From: a virus
Taxonomy: Duplodnaviria > Caudoviricetes
Direction: 5' to 3' (one strand)
IMG/VR virus record: IMGVR_UViG_3300045747_000505
Length of the DNA: 64,000 bases
Shown here: piece by piece, positions 6,980 to 14,958 of the stretch
Numbering within the stretch: position 1 is the stretch's first letter
How the letters are laid out: every line of letters starts with the position of its first letter
Made by a program: the position numbers and the translations under genes
Notes under the pieces: generated by a model
What the model was told of the DNA's origin: nothing
The model's input: the letters and a program-made list of their open reading frames with translations, nothing else
Database searches by the model: none

Positions 6980-7648
6980 CTTACAGTTGTTCCCGTGATG
7001 CCTGAAAAAGTTAGGTGCCGTTGTAGAAGTAGTTCGACAATGGACGCATGATACTGGGCAAAAGCCTTTATCGTGCGTCCTATTCGGGTTTTTCTTACAC
7101 ACATCAAAATGCCACCGCAGCATAGTTCTGAGTTGACCCTGTTTTTCACAGTGTGGACATTGAACGGTTTTCGCATTTAGAGCTATGTGTGCTGGTGGCT
7201 TTGGCGGGCCAATAAATTCTTGTGCACGTCGCCCAATGGCTAACTCGCTCTCCCAGTAGGCTTTCGATCGTTGGCGGTGAAGATCTTTAGTTTCATCAGT
7301 CTGAGTCCAAGTCTTCTTGTTTCTTTGGCGAGTCGACAGACTCTTTTGAATTGCCTCTTTAGTCCTTGATGTCGGATTATCACCGCCAGTGCCTGTTTCA
7401 TTCATCAGGTTTGCCCAGTCTTTTGATTCCACAATGTTATTTGCTATAGAATACGAGGTGGCAAAAGACTTGAATTCCTCAAGAGATTCAGTTTGATAAA
7501 TCACGTCGGTGTGAGTGTGATTGCCATGAACCTTCAAATGTCGAAGCCAGTATTTGCCTGAACCAGCGTAGGTAAAAGGGTCCTTGCAGATCTTGCCAAG
7601 GTATTTCATGCCTGTGTCTAAATGCGTCTTCTTGTAGAGGTAGTACAT
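6968..7648 (-). mobile_element. Free-standing Seg-like (GIY-YIG variant) homing endonuclease
   Basis: YYLYKKTHLDTGMKYLGK...YAGSGKYW and LMNETGTGG motifs, C-terminal CPHC zinc fingers. More AT-rich, antisense insertion. Start set at ATG 7648 after AGGAGG and TAAATAG (7674-7680). Confidence 0.8.
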
Positions 7649-7728
7649 CGCAAGATCCAATGTCGAACACCTCCTATTTATACTACCATCACGGTCTCTG
7701 GGACTAAATAACAAGTCGCTGTCAACAC

Positions 7729-7764
7729 ACAACGCCGACGATTCGAAAGGATCGTCGGCGTTGT
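7729..7764. terminator. Strong GAAA-capped hairpin (terminator or processing site)
   Basis: ACAACGCCGACGAT / ATCGTCGGCGTTGT is a 14-bp perfect stem, extended by T-G and C-G pairs around a GAAA loop. No clear U tract. Confidence 0.5.
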
Positions 7765-7776
7765 CGTATGTGCTTG

Positions 7777-7817
7777 CAATTCCTTATTTGCCAACTAATG
7801 CTATTAGAATTGCGCTG
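7777..7817 (+). repeat. 41-bp AT-rich dispersed repeat, copy 1
   Basis: 39/41 identical to 51121-51161; contains the inverted repeat CTAAT-GCT-ATTAG. Confidence 0.9.
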
Positions 7818-7825
7818 TGATGGTT

Positions 7826-7885
7826 GTAACAGCTCTGTCATTGTTACACTTGGGCTGTGTTCTTTCTTCAGGTTCGGTGTATAAT
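7826..7885 (+). promoter_or_regulatory. Early promoter (GTAAC-N12-GTTACAC ... AGGTT ... TATAAT)
   Basis: GTAAC 7826, GTTAC 7843, AGGTT 7870, TATAAT 7880. Confidence 0.75.
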
Positions 7886-7908
7886 GACTCAACATCTAGG
7901 AGAGCTCA

Positions 7909-8151
7909 ATGTCATCTGTTGCAACCGCCATGAGAGATATGCGTACGACGGTCGCCGTCAACTTCGCTGCCATGGCGAAGGAGCTGCTCGAGTCCTACGA
8001 CACCGGCATTCTGCCCGACGGTCAGGTCACCGAAGCCGCTCGCTGGCTCTCACGCCAGCTCAACTACCTGCCCTACTCGCAGACGCTGTCCATCGTCGAA
8101 ACCGAAGTCCAACGCGCTTGCATGCGTGCAGCCGCCGACACCATCCGTTAA
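7909..8151 (+). CDS. Small early hypothetical protein
   Basis: RBS AGGAGA; directly downstream of an early promoter. Confidence 0.7.
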   Translation: MSSVATAMRDMRTTVAVNFAAMAKELLESYDTGILPDGQVTEAARWLSRQLNYLPYSQTLSIVETEVQRACMRAAADTIR

Positions 8152-8167
8152 CTCTGGAGCCCCAATC

Positions 8168-8386
8168 ATGATTGCCATCGCCGTTCCTCACACTGGTCTC
8201 ATCGCCGTTTCACAAGGTGGAATGGGCACGTTCTACATGCGTCAGGACCAGTACGCCCTGTGGCTCGACAAGGCCAACGCCCTGCGCCGTGACCTGAAGC
8301 CTGCCACCCTCGCTGGGATGGCCGAGGTCGCCGTTCTGGTGATGCTCCTCGCCGCCGAGATCATGAACGATCGTGTCACAGCCTGA
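8168..8386 (+). CDS. Small early hypothetical protein
   Basis: RBS GGAG and ATCATG start context shared with neighbours. Confidence 0.65.
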   Translation: MIAIAVPHTGLIAVSQGGMGTFYMRQDQYALWLDKANALRRDLKPATLAGMAEVAVLVMLLAAEIMNDRVTA

Positions 8387-8399
8387 AGGATTTCACATC

Positions 8400-8573
8400 A
8401 TGGAATACACCATCGTTCAGGCCTACTCGCCTGACTCGCTCACCAACGCCGTCAAAAAACTGCTCGCCATCGGTTGGGTTCCGTCTGGCGGTGTCGCCGT
8501 GGGCAAGAGCGGTTCGGAAGGTCAGATCTTCTATCAGACGATGACCCGCCAAGCCGGCTGGAAGCCCCGGTAA
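8400..8573 (+). CDS. DUF1737-like small protein
   Basis: MEYTIV...LTNAVKKLLAIGWVPSGGVAV...YQTM pattern; RBS GAAGGA. Confidence 0.55.
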   Translation: MEYTIVQAYSPDSLTNAVKKLLAIGWVPSGGVAVGKSGSEGQIFYQTMTRQAGWKPR

Positions 8574-8629
8574 CAACTAAGGAACTGTTACACTTTGCCT
8601 GTGTACAAAACCCAGGTTCAGTGTATAAT
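8570..8629 (+). promoter_or_regulatory. Early promoter
   Basis: GTAAC 8570, GTTAC 8587, GTGTAC 8601, AGGTT 8614, TATAAT 8624. Confidence 0.8.
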
Positions 8630-8656
8630 GATCCCATCGACAACTGGAGCCCAATC

Positions 8657-9013
8657 ATGCTGAACATTCTGCCCGCCGCCAAGTCCACCTTCGGTACCAC
8701 CGCCGTGTCCGTCGCTGAAGTCGCTCGCAAGCTTCGCGCTGGCACCATCGTTGTCGCCGACCGCTACAACCCCGATGGCACCGTGACCCGCGTCTTTCTG
8801 GTGACGACCGACAAGGTCAAGCTGCCCGCTCTGTCCTGGCACGACGTCCGCCACGCCACGAACAAGCGCCCGTACGGCCAGCACCACGTGCTGCAGTCCG
8901 TCGCCTTCAAGTTCGACCACGGCATTCTGGTCCTCCCCGACTTCGTGACCTGCTCGCGCGAGTACTGCGAGGTCTGCGACCTGACCGCCACCGTCTTCAC
9001 TCTGGAAGCCTGA
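8657..9013 (+). CDS. Early hypothetical protein, paralog of 10729..11109
   Basis: RBS GGAG with ATCATG; aligns by eye with the 10729 protein (ILPA..., TI...R...G....VFL). Confidence 0.75.
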   Translation: MLNILPAAKSTFGTTAVSVAEVARKLRAGTIVVADRYNPDGTVTRVFLVTTDKVKLPALSWHDVRHATNKRPYGQHHVLQSVAFKFDHGILVLPDFVTCSREYCEVCDLTATVFTLEA

Positions 9014-9015
9014 TC

Positions 9016-9321
9016 ATGTACCTCAAAGAACCACTCACACCAGACACCGCCGTTGTGTTCTTCGGTGTGGCCGCGGTCGTAGTAGCCTTCTACGTGCTCG
9101 AGATGCTGTGGGCCGCCGGCAAGTATCACTGGCGCGCGTGGCGAGTGTCGAAGATCCAAATCCCTGAGCTCAGCGCCGTGGACATGCTCAAGGTGAACAA
9201 GCACTACAAACAAGCCATGACCGAGATCGACGCCTACCTCGCCTTCAAGCAGCGCCTCGACGACAAGAAGGCCAAGGTCGCTCGCCGCGGCCTGAAGTGG
9301 CAAAACCTTCGCAAGATGTAA
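9016..9321 (+). CDS. Small membrane protein
   Basis: One N-terminal TM helix and a basic C-terminus. Confidence 0.7.
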   Translation: MYLKEPLTPDTAVVFFGVAAVVVAFYVLEMLWAAGKYHWRAWRVSKIQIPELSAVDMLKVNKHYKQAMTEIDAYLAFKQRLDDKKAKVARRGLKWQNLRKM

Positions 9322-9364
9322 CGCCGCTCAAGTTTGCGCAGAAGTCCTAGGTTCGTGGTATAAT
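9318..9364 (+). promoter_or_regulatory. Early promoter (half-site type)
   Basis: GTAACGCCGCTCA (identical to 11378-11390), AGGTT 9349, TGG-TATAAT 9359. Confidence 0.7.
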
Positions 9365-9388
9365 GACTTCATGCAAACGGAGAACATC

Positions 9389-9634
9389 ATGAACGGTTTC
9401 AAGGTGGTGATCGAACAAGACGGCTGCTATCGCTGCGACGTCAAGAGCGCTGGCCAAATCGTCACTGGCACCCTCGAGCAGTGCGCTCAGTTCGTCGCCA
9501 ATCACCTGCCGCCCGAAGGCTGGTGGTACAGCCTCTCCGTCTACCCCGTCGAACCCGGTCCGCTGACCAGCTACATGATCCCGGCCCCGACCGTCGCTCG
9601 CCGCCGTCGCATTCACCTCCGCTCTGTTCGTTGA
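9389..9634 (+). CDS. Small early hypothetical protein
   Basis: RBS GGAGA with ATCATG. Confidence 0.65.
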   Translation: MNGFKVVIEQDGCYRCDVKSAGQIVTGTLEQCAQFVANHLPPEGWWYSLSVYPVEPGPLTSYMIPAPTVARRRRIHLRSVR

Positions 9635-9636
9635 GC

Positions 9637-9696
9637 GTAACAACCTCACGGTCTATTACACTTTAGCCAACACGAACCTCAGGGTTGAGGTATAAT
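9637..9696 (+). promoter_or_regulatory. Early promoter
   Basis: GTAAC 9637, ATTACAC 9655, TATAAT 9691. The leader shares TCATGCAAACGGAGAAC with the 9359 promoter. Confidence 0.75.
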
Positions 9697-9720
9697 AGCC
9701 TCATGCAAACGGAGAACGCA

Positions 9721-10044
9721 ATGACCATGACCTACGAAGCCTGGCGCGCCACGCAACAGTGGCCCCACACGTCATTCGACTCCTACCTGTTCGCCCATCC
9801 TGAAGTTCGCGAGTATCAGGTCTTTCGTCTCGACCCGACCACCAAGATGAGCCACATCGAGGGTGAACCGCTGCTCGAGACGGACAATCTGGCCGAGGCC
9901 TGCACCTTCATCTACGACGCGTTTCGCAATGAGGGTGCCGAGCTCTGCGTCTTTCAACCTCGCACTCAGGGCTACTGCGACTACTATCGCAAGAGTAACA
10001 AGCACGCCAAGCGCGCTTCAACTGGCAGATTTGTCAAGGCATGA
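9721..10044 (+). CDS. Early hypothetical protein
   Basis: RBS GGAGA before ATG 9721. Confidence 0.7.
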   Translation: MTMTYEAWRATQQWPHTSFDSYLFAHPEVREYQVFRLDPTTKMSHIEGEPLLETDNLAEACTFIYDAFRNEGAELCVFQPRTQGYCDYYRKSNKHAKRASTGRFVKA

Positions 10045-10268
10045 TCATGGACTGGCCCACTGAAATCGTCGCCAAAGCCGAATTCGAAATTCGCATCTTC
10101 GAGAGCCCCAGCATCGACACCAGCCGCGCGCTCCTCGAAGAAGTGAAAAAGCTCCGTGCCACGCTTCGGCAGCTCGCCGAAGCCACGGACAACCTCGCCG
10201 TGTCACCCACGTCCGTCAACCGCGAAGACGCGCAGGCTATCGCCGAAGCCGCTCGCAAGCTCCTCTAG
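10041..10268 (+). CDS. Small hypothetical protein (coiled coil)
   Basis: ATGA coupling to the previous ORF. Confidence 0.6.
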   Translation: MIMDWPTEIVAKAEFEIRIFESPSIDTSRALLEEVKKLRATLRQLAEATDNLAVSPTSVNREDAQAIAEAARKLL

Positions 10269-10276
10269 GATTCCAC

Positions 10277-10639
10277 ATGGTCTATCAACGCACCCTCAAG
10301 CCCGGCAACCTCGTCACCATCGGCAACTCCAAGGCCGTGCTGCTCGTCGTCCGCTCCGAACGAAAAGTCAGCCGTGACGAGACGCGTGGCGAGAGCTACT
10401 CCGTCGGCGAGATCAGTGTGGTCGACACCGGCTACGAGAGCGAGATCCCGCCCGTCGGCGGCCTGCGCCCGATGATCGCGCCCGCCGAGAAAGCGTACTA
10501 CTTCGAAGGTGGTTCGATGCGTGGCGAAGGCACGTGCATCAAGGACAGCGACGTGACCGTCATCGGCACCTCCGCCCTCACGAAGCGCATCACGACGACC
10601 TACGAGATCGGAAAGGTCGAGCTGTTCTGGCAAGCGTAA
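10277..10639 (+). CDS. Early hypothetical protein
   Basis: RBS AGGA; good codon usage. Confidence 0.7.
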   Translation: MVYQRTLKPGNLVTIGNSKAVLLVVRSERKVSRDETRGESYSVGEISVVDTGYESEIPPVGGLRPMIAPAEKAYYFEGGSMRGEGTCIKDSDVTVIGTSALTKRITTTYEIGKVELFWQA

Positions 10640-10695
10640 CAAGCGACAGGGCGTTACACTTTACCTGTGTACAAACCCTAGGTTCGCGTTATAAT
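10636..10695 (+). promoter_or_regulatory. Early promoter
   Basis: GTAAC 10636, GTTAC 10653, GTGTAC 10667, AGGTT 10680, TATAAT 10690. Confidence 0.8.
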
Positions 10696-10728
10696 GACTT
10701 CATCGTCAACCAGAACCGGAACCACATC

Positions 10729-11109
10729 ATGTCCTACCCGCAAAACTCCTGGGCCATCCTTCCCGCCACGCAATGCCTGCTCGGCAAGACCAAGGCCACC
10801 CTCGAAGAGTGCATGCTCGAGATGGGTCGCTACGGTGGCACCTGCACGATTCTGATCTGCGAGCGGAACTACGAGAACGGCAAGCCCACGCTGGTCTTCC
10901 TGTCCAGCGCCGGCGCCATGAATTACGCCAAGGGCTACCAGCACAAGGCTCATCACGACCAGACGCTGCGCAACCTCGGCTACCACCGTGTTCTGCACGT
11001 CATTCACTACTCAGTGGATCGCCTCGCGCTGGTCGTCGATGCCGAAGGCAACCTCCTCCCTGGCAATGTCACCTTCGACATGAAGGCTCCGCTCTTCGTC
11101 TTCAAGTGA
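10729..11109 (+). CDS. Early hypothetical protein, paralog of 8657..9013
   Basis: ATCATG start after a near-identical promoter cassette; similar sequence to the 8657 protein. Confidence 0.7.
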   Translation: MSYPQNSWAILPATQCLLGKTKATLEECMLEMGRYGGTCTILICERNYENGKPTLVFLSSAGAMNYAKGYQHKAHHDQTLRNLGYHRVLHVIHYSVDRLALVVDAEGNLLPGNVTFDMKAPLFVFK

Positions 11110-11138
11110 TAAATATGGCAACCACTTTCGGAGACACC

Positions 11139-11381
11139 ATGAACCTCGCCCAACTGCACGAAGGCAAGCGCCTCGTCATTCACCGTCGCAATCGCAACCT
11201 CGACTCTGGCTTCGACCAGGTCTCGGTGACGGTGACCGAGGTTCGCTCTGACCGAGTGGTCGGCTTCTCCAACAACGTGCCGAAGACGCCGTTCGACGTG
11301 AAGCTGGCCGATGGCAAGTTCAGCGTCGGCTCTGGCTCTGGCAAGGCAACCTTCTACTTGAGCGACGCCGGCAAGGCGTAA
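11139..11381 (+). CDS. Small beta-rich hypothetical protein
   Basis: RBS GGAGA before ATG 11139; an alternative ATG lies at 11115. Confidence 0.6.
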   Translation: MNLAQLHEGKRLVIHRRNRNLDSGFDQVSVTVTEVRSDRVVGFSNNVPKTPFDVKLADGKFSVGSGSGKATFYLSDAGKA

Positions 11382-11414
11382 CGCCGCTCACTCCTTTCAG
11401 GATCATGGTATAAT
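11378..11414 (+). promoter_or_regulatory. Early promoter (half-site type)
   Basis: GTAACGCCGCTCA then TGG-TATAAT at 11409. Confidence 0.7.
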
Positions 11415-11443
11415 GATCCATCGCATCCCAACAGGAGTTTTCC

Positions 11444-11680
11444 ATGTCCAAGGACCACGGTCAAGGCATCTTCGAGATGTCCGACATCACCCTCGTCTGC
11501 TCCATGTCTAGCCTGCCAAACGCCAAGGTCATCGCCCGTGCTGCGATCGACCGCTCAACGGCGACGCAAGCCAACAAGGACAAGGCGGGTCTGATGGTCG
11601 CCAAGGCCACCTCGCCGACCAAGCTCGCGTTCGGCATGACCAACTTCTCCCTCGCCCATCAAGGTCTCAAGGTTCTGTAA
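11444..11680 (+). CDS. Small early hypothetical protein
   Basis: RBS AGGAG. Confidence 0.7.
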   Translation: MSKDHGQGIFEMSDITLVCSMSSLPNAKVIARAAIDRSTATQANKDKAGLMVAKATSPTKLAFGMTNFSLAHQGLKVL

Positions 11681-11726
11681 CGGTTACACCTTAGCTGTAT
11701 ACGACCACGCGAAAGCGTGGTACAAT
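11677..11726 (+). promoter_or_regulatory. Early promoter
   Basis: GTAAC 11677, GTTAC 11683, TGG-TACAAT 11721; spacer hairpin CCACGC-GAAA-GCGTGG. Confidence 0.7.
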
Positions 11727-11751
11727 GACACATCGTCATCTGGAGATCATC

Positions 11752-12072
11752 ATGGGATTCCGCACCGTAGTAGTTCTGAGCAACGACCAGCCCTGGGATC
11801 GTGATCCCGACCTCGGTCGCAAGATCAGCGAAGCCGCTTCGTACCTCTCGTCCGGCCGTCGTGATGGCTTCTTCATCGGTGGCAACGTCATCGAGCAGGT
11901 CCACGCCGACACGAACACGCTGATGGTCATCGACAGCCTGAGCGGCACCGCCATGGCTCGCGGTCACTGGCACTCTGGCCAGACCGACCAGCAGCGCAAC
12001 TTCGACCTCCTCAAGGAGATGGCCGAGCGCATGGGCTACGGTCTTCGCAAGCTCCCCGCCAAAAAGGCCTGA
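11752..12072 (+). CDS. Early hypothetical protein
   Basis: RBS GGAG with ATCATG. Confidence 0.7.
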   Translation: MGFRTVVVLSNDQPWDRDPDLGRKISEAASYLSSGRRDGFFIGGNVIEQVHADTNTLMVIDSLSGTAMARGHWHSGQTDQQRNFDLLKEMAERMGYGLRKLPAKKA

Positions 12073-12074
12073 TC

Positions 12075-12392
12075 ATGAGCCTCCACTTCGACTCAGCCTT
12101 CATCGGCACGATCCCTGGTGCCAAGCCGGCCAATGAGCTGCCCACGCTCTACGAAGCCTACCTCGCCGTCGCGCCGTCCGAGCTCGATCTCGAGTTCCTG
12201 GCGCAGTCAACGGCTGAGCAGCGACACGAGTACTGGTCGAACCCGCTGAACATCGCGCGGCAACAGCGCTCCACCATGCTCGGCGCCGAGATTCGCATGC
12301 TCGCTGCCAACCACTACGGTCTGATCGGCGCTGGGTCGGTCGATGAAATCATCGCCATCCTCTCCGTCTGCACATTCCCCACGAAAGCCTAA
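12075..12392 (+). CDS. Hypothetical protein
   Basis: Tightly packed in the operon. Confidence 0.65.
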   Translation: MSLHFDSAFIGTIPGAKPANELPTLYEAYLAVAPSELDLEFLAQSTAEQRHEYWSNPLNIARQQRSTMLGAEIRMLAANHYGLIGAGSVDEIIAILSVCTFPTKA

Positions 12393-12395
12393 ATC

Positions 12396-12797
12396 ATGTC
12401 CCTCGAACACCCCATCGACTGGTACCTTGGTCGCGACCTCAAGCTTCCGACCAGAGCCGACTTCACGACCTACTACGTCTATCGCAAGGGCGAGGTCATC
12501 TTCAAGGGCACCTCCGACGAGTACAAGGTCAACCAGGCATCTGTGACGCCTGGCGCCGTGCTCGAGCGCGTCGTCGATGAAGAAGCCCTTCGCGCAGCGC
12601 AAGTCCTCGTCTACGCCGAGCGCAAGCTCCGCAACGAGGTCTATCGCCGCGACGTCTGGGCCGAGCACGGCATGATGGGTCATCCCAAGGTCAATGCCGT
12701 CTGGGAGCTCACGCTCGCCATCGCCACTCGCCACGGCATCGAGCACGAAAACGTCGAAGAACTCTTCGGCGACATTGCCAACCTTCTCAAGGACTAA
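12396..12797 (+). CDS. Hypothetical protein
   Basis: Tightly packed; good codon usage. Confidence 0.7.
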   Translation: MSLEHPIDWYLGRDLKLPTRADFTTYYVYRKGEVIFKGTSDEYKVNQASVTPGAVLERVVDEEALRAAQVLVYAERKLRNEVYRRDVWAEHGMMGHPKVNAVWELTLAIATRHGIEHENVEELFGDIANLLKD

Positions 12798-12800
12798 ATC

Positions 12801-13037
12801 ATGAAGTCACGCGGTTTCACCCTCATCGAGCTCATCATCGTGCTCGCCGTCATCGGCATCTTTGGCACCATCGCCATCAACGCCGGCCGTGGCCTCATCG
12901 CCGAGCGCGCAGCCAAGGCCGACGTCCACACCTATCAAGCGCCGACCACTCAGCCGCATCCGAGCTGCATGAACGGCCACCTCATGATCGACGAGCAAGC
13001 CGTCACGGACAAGAACGGCGACGCGGTCCACTGCTAA
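12801..13037 (+). CDS. Mini type IV pilin / pseudopilin-like protein
   Basis: MKSRG|FTLIELIIVLAVIGIFGTIAI is a class III signal with the prepilin peptidase site and Glu+5. Two C-terminal cysteines. Confidence 0.85.
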   Translation: MKSRGFTLIELIIVLAVIGIFGTIAINAGRGLIAERAAKADVHTYQAPTTQPHPSCMNGHLMIDEQAVTDKNGDAVHC

Positions 13038-13039
13038 GC

Positions 13040-13083
13040 GTTACGCTTGTTACGGTTGCGCAGCGCGTAGGTTGGTGTATAAT
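13040..13083 (+). promoter_or_regulatory. Early promoter
   Basis: GTTAC at 13040 and 13049, TTGCGC, AGGTT 13069, TATAAT 13078. Confidence 0.7.
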
Positions 13084-13109
13084 GGCACCAACAACCTTGG
13101 AACCCCATC

Positions 13110-13472
13110 ATGCCCAAGTACACCTACACGCTGCAAGACCGGACGGTCCCCAACATCGACCTCGCCCTGTGGGTGAAGTTCAAGACGCGTAACACGCTGA
13201 ACGCCAAGATCGTGCTGAGCATCGTGCGCGGTCTGAAGGCAGACACGCCGTGGTGCCCAGGCGTCGGCATCGTCGACGACCCTGAGGACGCCGGCCCGTT
13301 CTGCTCCGTCCTCATCGAGCACGAACCGAACCAGTACGAAGCGCTCTTTCGCCAGTGGGATGAGCACGCCGCACTGCTCGACCGTGCCGTTGCCGGTGAT
13401 GCCGAAGCGGCCATCGAGTACTGCAAGCTCGAGAAGGCTGGCAAGGTCTATCACGGCTGCTTCGCCGGCTGA
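13110..13472 (+). CDS. Early hypothetical protein
   Basis: ATCATG start after the promoter. Confidence 0.7.
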   Translation: MPKYTYTLQDRTVPNIDLALWVKFKTRNTLNAKIVLSIVRGLKADTPWCPGVGIVDDPEDAGPFCSVLIEHEPNQYEALFRQWDEHAALLDRAVAGDAEAAIEYCKLEKAGKVYHGCFAG

Positions 13473-13474
13473 AG

Positions 13475-13774
13475 GTGGCAAAAGTGATAACCCTACCCAC
13501 CGACCTCGCCACGCTGAAGTGCATGCTGCACCGCTTCGCCGATGCCAAGCTCCTCGACGCTCCCGCTCCATTGGTTCATCAGGCCGTGCAGGACCTCACC
13601 AGGGCCCTCGAAACCCTGGACCTGAATGATCCTCAACTCTCCGCCTGCGAATGTCTCTGCGGTCTCATGCTGCTGAACGCTCTCGAAGTGGCAATTCACA
13701 ATCAGAACCAAGCTGACTGGGGTCGTTACAACGAGACGTTTGTTACACTTCAAGATGACAGCATGTCGTCCTGA
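13475..13774 (+). CDS. Hypothetical protein
   Basis: GTG start fills the gap between genes; weaker codon bias. Confidence 0.5.
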   Translation: MAKVITLPTDLATLKCMLHRFADAKLLDAPAPLVHQAVQDLTRALETLDLNDPQLSACECLCGLMLLNALEVAIHNQNQADWGRYNETFVTLQDDSMSS

Positions 13775-13785
13775 TGGTGTATAAT
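13725..13785 (+). promoter_or_regulatory. Early promoter, leaderless for the HD hydrolase
   Basis: GTTAC at 13725 and 13742, TATAAT 13780, ATG 6 nt downstream at 13792. Confidence 0.7.
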
Positions 13786-13791
13786 GGACCC

Positions 13792-14448
13792 ATGGAAAAG
13801 CTCACCAACTTCGACAAGCTCTCGATCTCAGCTCGCTACTGGCTCCTCGGCCTGGCGGAGACCGAGCCAGCCTACTTCAAGGTCATCGAGGCGATGGAGC
13901 TCTGTCTCCGTCATCACGATGGCAAGCGCAACGGTGGTGAACCCGAGGCCATTCATCAGCTCGGCATCTTCCACTCGGTCCGCACGCAGCACAAGCACAT
14001 TCGGCATCCGATCATCGTCTACACGCTGATCTTTCTGCACGACGCGCTCGAGGATCCGAACCAGAAGACGAAGGCGTTCATTTCGCCTGAAGTGATTCGC
14101 GAAGCGTTCGGCGACGTCGTGCTGGCCAAGCTGCTCAAGATGTCCAAGAACGTCCTGGGCCAAGTCAACCCAGCCTACTCGCTGACGACCATCTTCGATG
14201 ACGAAGACTGCTCCATCGCCAAGGGTGGTGATCGCGTCAACAACGTCTCGTCCATGGTCGGTGTCTTCAATCGTGCACGGCTCACGCGCTACGTCAAGGA
14301 AACGTCCGAAGAATTCCTGCCACGGCTCAAGTCTGCTCGTCGCAAGTTCCCGCATCAAGAGGCGGTGTACGAAGCGATGAAGATGGAGCTCGTCCATCAG
14401 CTCACCCTCATTCAACACCTCGTCGAAGGTCTGGAGATTCCCGAATGA
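13792..14448 (+). CDS. SpoT/Mesh1-type HD-domain hydrolase (small alarmone hydrolase-like)
   Basis: HHDGKRNGGEPEAIH, LHDALED and KGGDRVNN match the RelA/SpoT hydrolase pattern H..Q.R..GEPY..H / HD..ED / K.ADR..N. No synthetase domain. Confidence 0.8.
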   Translation: MEKLTNFDKLSISARYWLLGLAETEPAYFKVIEAMELCLRHHDGKRNGGEPEAIHQLGIFHSVRTQHKHIRHPIIVYTLIFLHDALEDPNQKTKAFISPEVIREAFGDVVLAKLLKMSKNVLGQVNPAYSLTTIFDDEDCSIAKGGDRVNNVSSMVGVFNRARLTRYVKETSEEFLPRLKSARRKFPHQEAVYEAMKMELVHQLTLIQHLVEGLEIPE

Positions 14449-14729
14449 AGATTTCACTTGTCCTCCATCTCATCTCTTTCGACGGCTGCACCGCCCTCGA
14501 GGTCTACTCGTCGCCGACACCGATCACTGTCGAGACCGACGATGAAGCCGAATCCATGTTCATCGAGTTTCAATCGCACGTCGCCAGCAAGGCGCAGCAC
14601 GCCGCATCCGGACACACGCCCGACGTGCTGGTGGTCTATGGCCGCGAGCAGAAGTTCGACGAGATCATGATCGCCGCCACGACCTGGCGCAACACCATCG
14701 CCCGTGTCTACCTCGAGGTGCACGAATGA
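14445..14729 (+). CDS. Hypothetical protein
   Basis: ATGA coupling. Confidence 0.6.
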   Translation: MKISLVLHLISFDGCTALEVYSSPTPITVETDDEAESMFIEFQSHVASKAQHAASGHTPDVLVVYGREQKFDEIMIAATTWRNTIARVYLEVHE

Positions 14730-14956
14730 CCGCCGCCCAAATTCAGGACGTCTTGGCCACTGCTTTTATTTCCAGCTATCTGGATTCGAGCAACCCAGAC
14801 TACACGGTCCACTTCGACGTTGGCACTCGCGCCTTCTACTTTGATAGCGATTTCGACGGCGTCTGGGACCTTATCGAGATCGGTCACAGCACCAATCTCG
14901 GCTCCGCAACAACCCCCGAAGAAGCCGCTCAGCTCCTTCGCCAGCTTCTGGCCTGA
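14726..14956 (+). CDS. Small hypothetical protein
   Basis: ATGA coupling. Confidence 0.6.
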   Translation: MTAAQIQDVLATAFISSYLDSSNPDYTVHFDVGTRAFYFDSDFDGVWDLIEIGHSTNLGSATTPEEAAQLLRQLLA

Positions 14957-14958
14957 CC

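Noticed and set aside
13774-13791. ATG 13774 as the HD-hydrolase start
   Set aside because: It lies upstream of the TATAAT at 13780, so ATG 13792 is preferred.
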